A stretch of DNA of 64,000 nt, taken from NCBI RefSeq assembly GCF_009914755.1, contig NC_060931.1; one strand, written 5' to 3'. This document shows positions 43,551-55,574 of this stretch, piece after piece (position 1 is the first letter of the stretch; the number at the start of each line of letters is the position of its first letter). The DNA comes from the human T2T-CHM13v2.0 reference genome, Homo sapiens. Position numbers and translations under genes: made by a program. The notes beneath the pieces are model-generated. The model was not told where the DNA came from, did not search any database, and saw nothing but the letters and a program-made list of their open reading frames with translations.

Positions 43551-46500
43551 TAAATTTGGGGCAAGTGTATTATTAATGGTACATATTGTATTAAAGTTTG
43601 TGTAATGTAATATAAAGTGGCCACATTACAAAATATAGGTTGTTTCAGCTTGCAAAATTAAACAACTGTATAAAACAAATTTATAACTGATTGCTAGTAA
43701 GAGGTACCATGTAAGAATTGTGTTTCCAGCTGAATGAAGAAATTTTAAAACCTGGTTCCATATATTACAAATCATGAGCCAGGACTTTGGTAGGGGAGGA
43801 ATTGGGGGCTTTGGCTCCCAAAAATCTCTGTCACATACCCCCTCCCCACCACAAGTACACAATCTATGGAAAATTTGTGCTTATCATAATTACAGCTTTA
43901 AGTAATTTTCCCTTCTCTTTGGATATTGTATATTTGCATATTGAAGAGGTTCAAAACAACAGTAATAACATGCATATTAAGAGAATTTGCATTTCATAAA
44001 TAGTACAAGATAGTACTAAAAAATTGGACATTTGAAAATATGAAGCAACTAAGAGTTGCTTAATGAGATGTCATTTCCTAACAGGATGTTCATTTATGGT
44101 TTTTGGCTACTATTGCTCTTTGGTGTGTTTGTGGAATAGAAATTATTCCAAGCTATTGTGAAGAGTCAATAATTAACCAAATGTATTTATTTCCTAAAAA
44201 GACTAAAACTGAAATTATTATCATGTAAAGATGGCATCTGTCCTAGGCAACTTGGCTTTATGCAGTTTGTCCTTTCAGTTTTCAGGAATGAGACCTCTTG
44301 ACCCCTCCCCTCCAATGCAGCCCCTACTAAGGGGGAGTTTAAGGAGCCATACATAGTTCTATAATTCAAATCAAGTAAACATGCTTCTTGTCCCAGGTTA
44401 ACTTGTGCTGCCTCAGTCGCTGTTTAAACATTTTTATACGCACTGTTAACCTGCCTGCCCATTACCCTATTACTTTTAATGGATAAACTACTGTTCCCTG
44501 GGCAGTTGTCTCTTTTAACGTCCCACCCTAAACTTGCCAACCCTCATATGAAGGCCTCAGGCTTGTTATTGGCAAAGGTCAGAAGTCTTAAGCTAGTGAC
44601 CTTGCAGGCTAAAGTAGGCCTTGAATTTGTTTGACCAGGAACTAAATTAAAAAATAAAAAAGAATGAAATGTCTGGTGGCAGGGGGGCAGGGGTGGGGAG
44701 GGTGGTAAGGGGGAGGGCATGCACCCCCAAGTTCCATTGTTGCAGCCCCTCCCATCTTAACTCTGGTCTCTTTTCACTTTTCAACTACCTTCCTTATATA
44801 CCAAAGGTATTTGAATTTTTAACTCTTATTGATCTTTTATTTCCCTAAACCATGTAGTAATTATTTGCTGATTTCCTAATGTATTGTTATTTCTGTCCCA
44901 TCACTGTTTTTTGCAGATAATAAAACCATCAGACCTGGGCTTCAATAAAGCCCCACTTAGTGGCCGTGATTGACAAGTGGTCAGGCTGCACCAGGCCATG
45001 CTGTGAATGCTCTTTAGGAAGTCTTGTCTCAAGGTTTTGAAGATATTAATGTCTAGATGACAAAAGTGGTACCTTAGTCACCTTACTTATGGTTATTAGT
45101 TGTTCATTAATGGGACATGAAAACTCCTAATTTAATAAGGAAAAATTGCATTATGTTGTGATGTTATATTGTCAGGGTCAGCAATACAATTGTCTTTAAG
45201 GAGTTGGAAATGATACTGAATGTCACGGGTTATGATGTGTTTATTGTGTTTTCTAATTTTTTCTAAACTTGAATATTTTATCTTGAATGTCAATTATTTG
45301 TTGTTTTTATAGCCTAAGTTACTAAAGTAATTAAGTAGTGGGGTTAAAACTGTTAAAATGTCACACTACTCCCTGTCTCTTAAAGACCCTGCTTGCTGTA
45401 TAGCCACTCCTTGGAGAGGCTACACCAACTGCAAAGGACACAGGGATAGTATCTGTGGGTGGTGACATTGGGGCATGGGAGGTACCTAAAGAGTTTAGGA
45501 GTTGGAGAGGAAGGAGCATTTCTTTACAGCCAGGGGCTGGGCATCATGTTTAATTACCACTTTTTTTTTTTCTTGTACTCTATTGGTTGAAAATAGTAAC
45601 TATTTTTCACCTAACTTCTCTAATTACCAACTGTGTATCTTTTTGGCCTTATTCTATGTAATTTATTTGGCGTCCATTTTTGCAGGTAAATCACATAGTG
45701 AGTATCCAGAGAGGACCAACTTATGTATTTAAACTTTTGTTTATTTAAAAGTTTTATAAACTTTCTTTAAAAGTTTTAAACTTTTTAAATCAAAGTTTTT
45801 TAAACTTTTTTAAACTTTTACATATTATGTTTTAAACTTTTTATATATTTAAATTTTCCAAATATGGGACTTGAGATTATTAATAAAATTTAAAATAATT
45901 AAATCATTCTAAATGCATTTAACTGTATTTTCAGGAAGTACACAGGCAGACACTGTGTCAGGATTTTTATGTGTGTGATTGTCATTACACTCATAATTAG
46001 AATGCTTAAACACACACCCTACCCCCACCTCCCCACACACATCCACTCACCCCCTAGGAGTGCAGCCCTGTCCCACCTTAACATTACAAACCTTCATTTG
46101 GGGCTATGCTGACAAATCTTCATTAAAAACTATGGATTACAAACTGGTAAACTGCAAGACAAATAAGGCCTTGAATTTGTTTGACCAACACAGTATTTTT
46201 AAAAAAGTAAATGTCTTTAGGTGGGAAATGCATGCCCATGTTGCTATAGTTGCAGCCCCTCCCTCTTTTAATCCCACTCTTTTTACACAGATAGTCACCT
46301 TTCTATTTTCTAATTAATAACTTTGTTCATATCAGCTAACCATTGTTGAATACTCACTACATAATTTACCTGCACTATTTAATTAAGTCCTCATAATTAG
46401 TTTGAGGTATACTATTATTGGGCTTCTTTGAATGTCCCATTTTATAGCTTTTCCTAGGAGGCATCAATTATTATTTCTTGAATGACTGCATAATGACAAA

Positions 46501-47435
46501 GGAAACTGACATACACATATTGCTGCTTAGTGCCATTTCTGTCCCATAGAGAATTTTCTTTGGGGATTTAAATTATGGTCAGAAAAGTAATTTAGGCAGT
46601 CCTGTGGTTTTTGTGGTGGTGGTTGTTTGATTTGATAACCAGTTACCTTCTCGGTGGCAGTGGAATAGGGTTGTGACAGTTGGCCAGAGTACCCTCCTGC
46701 CCACAGGGCTGATGAATACATGCATTGTGATTTTAATACTCCCTTCTTGCTTTAATGAGATTCTATTAGTTGCAGTATTAACTATTTTTGGCCTGGCTTC
46801 TTTAATAACAAAAGTTATTATTTTGGCTTTAATTTGCATAATTGATTTTGTATCCATGTTTGCCTTGAAGTTTCTTGCTGTGTTTGAATACAAAACTACT
46901 TGTTTAGAGGGTTTCAACATTCTTTTATAGTTTATAAAGGTAAGCATGCTGTTGATAATGTATTGTTGAATCATAATGAACAGGTGGCCTTTGAGGAAGA
47001 CAAGGTCATTTGAACATCAAAAAGTACTTTGCTTTTTGTTATATATGGTGCTGATTACTAACTTTCTCTTGAGAGTTTATTTTCTTTGTTCACTAATTAT
47101 TAATGTAAGCACGTAGAGCAAGGGATAATTTAAATACCAAATCCTTTGTGTCTGCTTTTGCTGCTTTGAATGTATAAGTTGGATTTATACATACATTTAT
47201 CTTTATTTACAGAAATAAGCGGGTTTTGAAAACAAAAAAAAGAAGGAGTGGAAGAGGGGGCCAGGATCCAGGCCTCCATCCCCACAGAAGTGAAGCTACA
47301 GCTGGGAGGTCTCCTCCCACCCCAACCGTCACCCTGGGTCCCGACTGCCCACCTCCTCCTCCTCCCCCTCCCCCCAACAACAACAACAACAACAACTCCA
47401 AGCACACCGGCCATAAGAGTGCGTGTGTCCCCAAC

Positions 47436-48413
47436 ATGACCGAACGAAGAAGGGACGAGCTCTCTGAAGAGATCAACAACTTAAGAGAGAAGGTCATGAA
47501 GCAGTCGGAGGAGAACAACAACCTGCAGAGCCAGGTGCAGAAGCTCACAGAGGAGAACACCACCCTTCGAGAGCAAGTGGAACCCACCCCTGAGGATGAG
47601 GATGATGACATCGAGCTCCGCGGTGCTGCAGCAGCTGCTGCCCCACCCCCTCCAATAGAGGAAGAGTGCCCAGAAGACCTCCCAGAGAAGTTCGATGGCA
47701 ACCCAGACATGCTGGCTCCTTTCATGGCCCAGTGCCAGATCTTCATGGAAAAGAGCACCAGGGATTTCTCAGTTGATCGTGTCCGTGTCTGCTTCGTGAC
47801 AAGCATGATGACCGGCCGTGCTGCCCGTTGGGCCTCAGCAAAGCTGGAGCGCTCCCACTACCTGATGCACAACTACCCAGCTTTCATGATGGAAATGAAG
47901 CATGTCTTTGAAGACCCTCAGAGGCGAGAGGTTGCCAAACGCAAGATCAGACGCCTGCGCCAAGGCATGGGGTCTGTCATCGACTACTCCAATGCTTTCC
48001 AGATGATTGCCCAGGACCTGGATTGGAACGAGCCTGCGCTGATTGACCAGTACCACGAGGGCCTCAGCGACCACATTCAGGAGGAGCTCTCCCACCTCGA
48101 GGTCGCCAAGTCGCTGTCTGCTCTGATTGGGCAGTGCATTCACATTGAGAGAAGGCTGGCCAGGGCTGCTGCAGCTCGCAAGCCACGCTCGCCACCCCGG
48201 GCGCTGGTGTTGCCTCACATTGCAAGCCACCACCAGGTAGATCCAACCGAGCCGGTGGGAGGTGCCCGCATGCGCCTGACGCAGGAAGAAAAAGAAAGAC
48301 GCAGAAAGCTGAACCTGTGCCTCTACTGTGGAACAGGAGGTCACTACGCTGACAATTGTCCTGCCAAGGCCTCAAAGTCTTCGCCGGCGGGAAACTCCCC
48401 GGCCCCGCTGTAG
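47436..48413 (+). CDS. PEG10: PEG10 RF1, Gag-like protein (325 aa from this ATG): coiled coil, capsid with MHR-like [17 protein letters not shown] zinc knuckle
   Basis: [20 protein letters not shown]...; [14 protein letters not shown] (CX2CX4HX4C) at 48318-48359; TAG at 48411-48413. Confidence 0.98.
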   Translation: MTERRRDELSEEINNLREKVMKQSEENNNLQSQVQKLTEENTTLREQVEPTPEDEDDDIELRGAAAAAAPPPPIEEECPEDLPEKFDGNPDMLAPFMAQCQIFMEKSTRDFSVDRVRVCFVTSMMTGRAARWASAKLERSHYLMHNYPAFMMEMKHVFEDPQRREVAKRKIRRLRQGMGSVIDYSNAFQMIAQDLDWNEPALIDQYHEGLSDHIQEELSHLEVAKSLSALIGQCIHIERRLARAAAARKPRSPPRALVLPHIASHHQVDPTEPVGGARMRLTQEEKERRRKLNLCLYCGTGGHYADNCPAKASKSSPAGNSPAPL

Positions 48414-48452
48414 AGGGACCTTCAGCGACCGGGCCAGAAATAATAAGGTCCC
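48389..48452 (+). promoter_or_regulatory. -1 programmed ribosomal frameshift signal: slippery heptamer G_GGA_AAC plus H-type pseudoknot
   Basis: GGGAAAC 48389-48395; 5-nt spacer; stem 1 GGCCC-CGCTG (48401-48410) pairs with CAGCG-acc-GGGCC (48423-48435); stem 2 GGGACCTT (48415-48422) pairs with AAGGTCCC (48445-48452). Confidence 0.96.
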
Positions 48453-49561
48453 CACAAGATGATGCCTCATCTCCACACTTGCAAGTGATGCTCCAGATTC
48501 ATCTTCCGGGCAGACACACCCTGTTCGTCCGAGCCATGATCGATTCTGGTGCTTCTGGCAACTTCATTGATCACGAATATGTTGCTCAAAATGGAATTCC
48601 TCTAAGAATCAAGGACTGGCCAATACTTGTGGAAGCAATTGATGGGCGCCCCATAGCATCGGGCCCAGTTGTCCACGAAACTCACGACCTGATAGTTGAC
48701 CTGGGAGATCACCGAGAGGTGCTGTCATTTGATGTGACTCAGTCTCCATTCTTCCCTGTCGTCCTAGGGGTTCGCTGGCTGAGCACACATGATCCCAATA
48801 TCACATGGAGCACTCGATCTATCGTCTTTGATTCTGAATACTGCCGCTACCACTGCCGGATGTATTCTCCAATACCACCATCGCTCCCACCACCAGCACC
48901 ACAACCGCCACTCTATTATCCAGTAGATGGATACAGAGTTTACCAACCAGTGAGGTATTACTATGTCCAGAATGTGTACACTCCAGTAGATGAGCACGTC
49001 TACCCAGATCACCGCCTGGTTGACCCTCACATAGAAATGATACCTGGAGCACACAGTATTCCCAGTGGACATGTGTATTCACTGTCCGAACCTGAAATGG
49101 CAGCTCTTCGAGATTTTGTGGCAAGAAATGTAAAAGATGGGCTAATTACTCCAACGATTGCACCTAATGGAGCCCAAGTTCTCCAGGTGAAGAGGGGGTG
49201 GAAACTGCAAGTTTCTTATGATTGCCGAGCTCCAAACAATTTTACTATCCAGAATCAGTATCCTCGCCTATCTATTCCAAATTTAGAAGACCAAGCACAC
49301 CTGGCAACGTACACTGAATTCGTACCTCAAATACCTGGATACCAAACATACCCCACATATGCCGCGTACCCGACCTACCCAGTAGGATTCGCCTGGTACC
49401 CAGTGGGACGAGACGGACAAGGAAGATCACTATATGTACCTGTGATGATCACTTGGAATCCACACTGGTACCGCCAGCCTCCGGTACCACAGTACCCGCC
49501 GCCACAGCCGCCGCCTCCACCACCACCACCGCCGCCGCCTCCATCTTACAGTACCCTGTAA
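48395..49561 (+). CDS. PEG10: PEG10 RF2, Pol-like part (aspartyl protease, truncated RT, Pro/Tyr-rich tail) of the 708-aa RF1/2 frameshift fusion
   Basis: -1 frame relative to RF1; retropepsin motif [12 protein letters not shown] (DSG at 48542-48550) and VVLGVRWL; 320+388=708 aa; TAA at 49559-49561. Confidence 0.97.
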   Translation, partial: LPGPAVEGPSATGPEIIRSPQDDASSPHLQVMLQIHLPGRHTLFVRAMIDSGASGNFIDHEYVAQNGIPLRIKDWPILVEAIDGRPIASGPVVHETHDLIVDLGDHREVLSFDVTQSPFFPVVLGVRWLSTHDPNITWSTRSIVFDSEYCRYHCRMYSPIPPSLPPPAPQPPLYYPVDGYRVYQPVRYYYVQNVYTPVDEHVYPDHRLVDPHIEMIPGAHSIPSGHVYSLSEPEMAALRDFVARNVKDGLITPTIAPNGAQVLQVKRGWKLQVSYDCRAPNNFTIQNQYPRLSIPNLEDQAHLATYTEFVPQIPGYQTYPTYAAYPTYPVGFAWYPVGRDGQGRSLYVPVMITWNPHWYRQPPVPQYPPPQPPPPPPPPPPPPSYSTL

Positions 49562-52500
49562 ATACCTGTCATGTCCTTCAGGATCTCTGCCCTCAAAATT
49601 TATTCCTGTTCAGCTTCTCAATCAGTGACTGTGTGCTAAATTTTAGGCTACTGTATCTTCAGGCCACCTGAGGCACATCCTCTCTGAAACGGCTATGGAA
49701 GGTTAGGGCCACTCTGGACTGGCACACATCCTAAAGCACCAAAAGACCTTCAACATTTTCTGAGAGCAACAGAGTATTTGCCAATAAATGATCTCTCATT
49801 TTTCCACCTTGACTGCCAATCTAACTAAAATAATTAATAAGTTTACTTTCCAGCCAGTCCTGGAAGTCTGGGTTTTACCTGCCAAAACCTCCATCACCAT
49901 CTAAATTATAGGCTGCCAAATTTGCTGTTTAACATTTACAGAGAAGCTGATACAAACGCAGGAAATGCTGATTTCTTTATGGAGGGGGAGACGAGGAGGA
50001 GGAGGACATGACTTTTCTTGCGGTTTCGGTACCCTCTTTTTAAATCACTGGAGGACTGAGGCCTTATTAAGGAAGCCAAAATTATCGGTGCAGTGTGGAA
50101 AGGCTTCCGTGATCCTCTCGCTGCACCCTTAGAAACTTCACCGTCTTCAAACTCCATTTCCATGGTTCTGTTAATTCTCAAGGAGCAGCAACTCGACTGG
50201 TTCTCCCAGGAGCAGGAAAAACCCTTGTGACATGAAACATCTCAGGCCTGAAAAGAAAGTGCTCTCTCAGATGGACTCTTGCATGTTAAGACTATGTCTT
50301 CACATCATGGTGCAAATCACATGTACCCAATGACTCCGGCTTTGACACAACACCTTACCATCATCATGCCATGATGGCTTCCACAAAGCATTAAACCTGG
50401 TAACCAGAGATTACTGGTGGCTCCAGCGTTGTTAGATGTTCATGAAATGTGACCACCTCTCAATCACCTTTGAGGGCTAAAGAGTAGCACATCAAAAGGA
50501 CTCCAAAATCCCATACCCAACTCTTAAGAGATTTGTCCTGGTACTTCAGAAAGAATTTTCATGAGTGTTCTTAATTGGCTGGAAAAGCACCAGCTGACGT
50601 TTTGGAAGAATCTATCCATGTGTCTGCCTCCATATGCATCTGGGCATTTCATCTTCAGTCCCCTCATTAGACTGTAGCATTAGGATGTGTGGAGAGAGGA
50701 GAAATGATTTAGCACCCAGATTCACACTCCTATGCCTGGAAGGGGGACATCTTTGAAGAAGAGGAATTAGGGCTGTGGACACTGTCTTGAGGATGTGGAC
50801 TTCCTTAGTGAGCTCCACATTACTTGATGGTAACCACTTCAAAAGGATCAGAATCCACGTAATGAAAAAGGTCCCTCTAGAGGATGGAGCTGATGTGAAG
50901 CTGCCAATGGATGAAAAGCCTCAGAAAGCAACTCAAAGGACTCAAAGCAACGGACAACACAAGAGTTGTCTTCAGCCCAGTGACACCTCTGATGTCCCCT
51001 GGAAGCTTTGTGCTAACCTGGGACTGCCTGACTTCCTTTAGCCTGGTCCCTTGCTACTACCTTGAACTGTTTTATCTAACCTCTCTTTTTCTGTTTAATT
51101 CTTTGCTACTGCCATTGACCCTGCTGCAGGATTTGTGTCATTTTCCTGCCTGGTTGCTGAGACTCCATTTTGCTGCCACACACAGAGATGTAAGAGGCAG
51201 GCTTTAATTGCCAAAGCACAGTTTGAGCAGTAGAAAACAACATGGTGTATATCTCAAATTGCCTGACATGAAGAGGAGTCTAACGGTGAAGTTTCACTTT
51301 TCATCAGCATCATCTTTCACATGTTCATTATCATCCGCTCTTATTCTTGCATGTTTAAACACTTAAAATTTTTAGTATAATTTTTAGTGTGTTTTGAAGT
51401 GGTGACTAGGCTTTCAAAAACTTCCATTGAATTACAAAGCACTATCCAGTTCTTATTGTTAAACTAAGTAAAAATGATAAGTAACATAGTGTAAAATATT
51501 CCTTTACTGTGAACTTCTTACAATGCTGTGAATGAGAGGCTCCTCAGAACTGGAGCATTTGTATAATAATTCATCCTGTTCATCTTCAATTTTAACATCA
51601 TATATAATTTCAATTCTATCAATTGGGCCTTTAAAAATCATATAAAAGGATATAAAATTTGAAAAGAGAAACCTAATTGGCTATTTAATCCAAAACAACT
51701 TTTTTTTTCCTTCAATGGAATCAGAAAGCTTGTCAATCACTCATGTGTTTTAGAGTAATTACTTTTAAAATGGTGCATTTGTGCTTCTGAACTATTTTGA
51801 AGAGTCACTTCTGTTTACCTCAAGTATCAATTCATCCTCCATACATTTGAATTCAAGTTGTTTTTTGTCAAATTTACAGTTGTCAATTGATCTTCAAGCT
51901 GCAGGGTGCCTAGAAATGGGCCGTTGTCTGTAGCCCTGGCATGTGCACACGGACATTTGCCACCACTGCAAGCAAAAGTCTGGAGAAGTTCACCAACGAC
52001 AAGAACGATTAGGGAAAATATGCTGCTGTGGGTTAACAACTCAGAAAGTCCCTGATCCACATTTGGCTGTTTACTAAAGCTTGTGATTAACTTTTTGGCA
52101 GTGTGTACTATGCTCTATTGCTATATATGCTATCTATAAATGTAGATGTTAAGGATAAGTAATTCTAAATTTATTATTCTATAGTTTTGAAGTTTGGTTA
52201 AGTTTCCTTTCACTCAATTGATTTATTTTGTTGTTAATCAAATTTATGTTAATTGGATCCTTTAAATTTTTTTTGGCATTTTCCAACAAAAATGGCTTTA
52301 TTCATAAGAAAGGAAAAAAATCAATGGAATTTGATATCTAAAGAAGTTAGAAAGGGAGCAAAATAAAAAACATAAAGGAGATAGATGAATTAGTAAGCAA
52401 ATCAGTAGTCGAGTTTTTCAAACTGGCAAAATTAATTAATTGACTTTTAGCCCAAATTTACATTGTTAATTAAATCAAGAAGGAAGAAGATCTAAGAGCT

Positions 52501-53535
52501 CCCATTGATAGGCAAGCCTAGAGAGAACTAGCTAAATTTATCATGCTAGGATATTGAAACACAGAAAGTTTACATACATTTATGAAGGGTCAATTTAGTT
52601 TGGACAGTGAGGTATTTGTCTTAGTGGAAAAAAGGAGAATTAGTCTGATCAAATCGTGAAGTAATACAGTGAACTTGCAGGTGCACAAAATAAGAGGGCC
52701 ACATCTATATGGTGCAGTCTGGAATTCTGTTTAAGTTTGTAGGTACCTCTTGGACTTCTGAATTGATCCAGTTGTCATCCACCACAGACATCTCACATCA
52801 GATACAGACAGTTCCAAGATTGACAACAGAGAACAACCTGCTGGAAAGACCTGGGCAGAAATGGAGAGCCCTGCGGGAACCATGCTACATTTTCATCTAA
52901 AGAGAGAATGCACATCTGATGAGACTGAAAGTTCTTTGTTGTTTTAGATTGTAGAATGGTATTGAATTGGTCTGTGGAAAATTGCATTGCTTTTATTTCT
53001 TTGTGTAATCAAGTTTAAGTAATAGGGGATATATAATCATAAGCATTTTAGGGTGGGAGGGACTATTAAGTAATTTTAAGTGGGTGGGGTTATTTAGAAT
53101 GTTAGAATAATATTATGTATTAGATATCGCTATAAGTGGACATGCGTACTTACTTGTAACCCTTTACCCTATAATTGCTATCCTTAAAGATTTCAAATAA
53201 ACTCGGAGGGAACTGCAGGGAGACCAACTTATTTAGAGCGAATTGGACATGGATAAAAACCCCAGTGGGAGAAAGTTCAAAGGTGATTAGATTAATAATT
53301 TAATAGAGGATGAGTGACCTCTGATAAATTACTGCTAGAATGAACTTGTCAATGATGGATGGTAAATTTTCATGGAAGTTATAAAAGTGATAAATAAAAA
53401 CCCTTGCTTTTACCCCTGTCAGTAGCCCTCCTCCTACCACTGAACCCCATTGCCCCTACCCCTCCTTCTAACTTTATTGCTGTATTCTCTTCACTCTATA
53501 TTTCTCTCTATTTGCTAATATTGCATTGCTGTTAC

Positions 53536-53552
53536 AATAAAAATTCAATAAA
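53536..53552 (+). terminator. PEG10 distal polyadenylation signals (two AATAAA)
   Basis: AATAAA at 53536-53541 and 53547-53552, followed by a GT-rich element and a long G-rich tract. Confidence 0.8.
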
Positions 53553-55061
53553 GATTTAGTGGTTAAGTGCAAACTGTGTCCTGATCATTTCAGCATCTAC
53601 CAGCATCAAGGGAATGGGGTGGGGTAGGGTGGGGAAGGCTGAGAGAGTAGGGAGAGTGGGAGAGGCTAGAGTAGGGTGGGGCTGTGGGGAGGGTGGGATT
53701 GTTGGAAGGGTAGGGAGGTAGGAGGGTGGGTAGGGTAGGGGTGGAATTGAGTTTGGGATAGTGGGGTGGTGGTATAAAGAACATTATTGATTACAACCTA
53801 GTATGAATTATATAGCCAGAATACTCCAGGAAATCAGTTATTCCAGCTGCAAAAGTTTAACATATAAAATAAAGATACACAATTAATAGCAACTCTGGTT
53901 GCTATTATCACAAACTTTAACATCAGTTTTACTTTAAATACTTGAGATTCATTAATATAAAATTATGAAGTATTAGGACATAGAAGAAGAGTTTCAAAGG
54001 GCTGCTAGGTTCATATGACATGACAGTCACATAAATATGACTGTTTATTGGGAAGATAGTGACTAAAAGGAAAAATCTAGAACTAATGAAAACACACAAC
54101 TAAAAACTGTCTACCCTCAGAAGCAGGCTACCAGAGTAGCTATCCATCAAGCAGAGCTCACAAACTCCAATCGTGTGCAGGGTGGTGGGTGGGTTTGAAG
54201 AATTGGGAGTAAGGGTCCTCAGCCAAGAACTACTGAGTTATTAAGTACCTGCCCTGGGGGTTTCTTACAATTTAACCTGATACAAAAGTGATTAGCCAAA
54301 TCCAGTTGAAAGAAAATGGAAATATTTTATTCCAATTTGTTACACCTAGACTCCTCCTCATCTGGGCCCCACTTCTTTCCATAATCCATGTGATTAAACA
54401 AAAACAAAAAAAAAAGGTGCTCAGCCTCAAGATTATATTAAGTTATGCAGCTGTATGACAAAGCTAGTCCAGAACAATAAACTTATTTTACATAACAATT
54501 GCAATATTTTTTGAAACTTTTTATGAAATGAATAAAGACACCCTCTTATCTAGTGTAGTAGATGCTAGCAATTAATCAAAACAACTAATTACAATCAAAA
54601 CAATTGTTTAGAATGATGACCACACTATGTTAACTTAAAACACAAATGTACATTCATTTGGTCAATCTTAAAAGAGGTCCATATTCTACTGATTGGAGCT
54701 CTGAGTTGCCCTTTTGAATAAATCATCAGTACAAAATGTTATACAACAATGGGAAAATAAACAACTTTTAAAAACATAAAGGCAATTAAATATTCATGAG
54801 GATAAGAATCACTCTTGATCCATACCTCAAAAAATACACTAACGAATTGCATAAGGACTACGAGAAGGAAGAAGAACTTATTGGTATGAGGAGGGTAAAC
54901 TAATACATCTAAGATGAATTAAATTAATAAAGATAACATGCACAACAGAATGGAAACATATTTGGTACATACCTATAAATGATTTGATAACGAATTCATT
55001 ATCCAAACCACCTCATATTTTCCTGGAAAAATTAAGTAAACACCCAATTCCCACCCTTTAC

Positions 55062-55370
55062 TCCTTATCCTCGGGTTCCACATCTACAGATTCAACCAAC
55101 CTCAGATGGAAAATACTCAGAAAAAGTAAAAAAAAATATACAACAATAAAAATAAAAATAAACAATATAATACAACTATTTACATAGAATTTACATTGCA
55201 TTAGGTATTACAAGTAATCTGGAGATAATTTAAAGTATACAGGAGGGTGTGCATAAGTTATATGCAAATACTATGAATTTTATATAAGGGACTTGAGCAT
55301 CTTCAGATTTTACTATTGGCAGGGAGGGAGGTCCTAGAAGCTGTTACCTTCATACACCAAGGGACAACTG
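55062..55370. mobile_element. MER2 (TcMar-Tigger) non-autonomous DNA transposon
   Basis: GGTTCCACATCTACAGATTCAACCAAC...TTATATGCAAATACTATG...CCAAGGGACAACTG|TA. Confidence 0.85.
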
Positions 55371-55574
55371 TACATGAAGAAGAATCTGGAAGGATGGATA
55401 AATAAAATAAGAGAGAGCATATGTGTGTGTGGTATGTTCAATAACAATTTATTAATTTCTTTCAATGTTCAAGGCAGTAGGCTTGGTCTAGGGGAATGCA
55501 ACTCAGGGCACAGACCTTGGACTGCAACACCTAGTGCAGTTGAAGGGTGAGCACCCAAGGGTTCTCTAGCTAGG

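Larger units (their letters stand above)
47213..53570 (+). other. PEG10: PEG10 exon 2 (nearly all of the CDS plus ~4-kb 3'UTR)
   Basis: Acceptor TTTATCTTTATTTACAG at 47212; tandem AATAAA at 53536 and 53547; 3' end approximate. Confidence 0.9.

Noticed and set aside
44521-46290. Intronic direct repeats as remnant LTRs of the PEG10 ancestor
   Set aside because: Both copies are upstream of gag instead of flanking it; no TG...CA ends, PBS or PPT seen
48356-48394. ATG-like independent start for RF2 in the ORF track (MSCQGLKV...)
   Set aside because: The codon is TTG and lies upstream of the slippery site; RF2 is entered by -1 frameshifting
47130-49124. Antisense ORFs up to 199 aa opposite PEG10
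   Set aside because: Shadow frames of a GC-rich CDS with no recognisable domain or promoter
49562-49639. 25 open codons after the RF2 stop (possible readthrough)
   Set aside because: UAA-A is not a leaky context and 25 open codons are expected by chance
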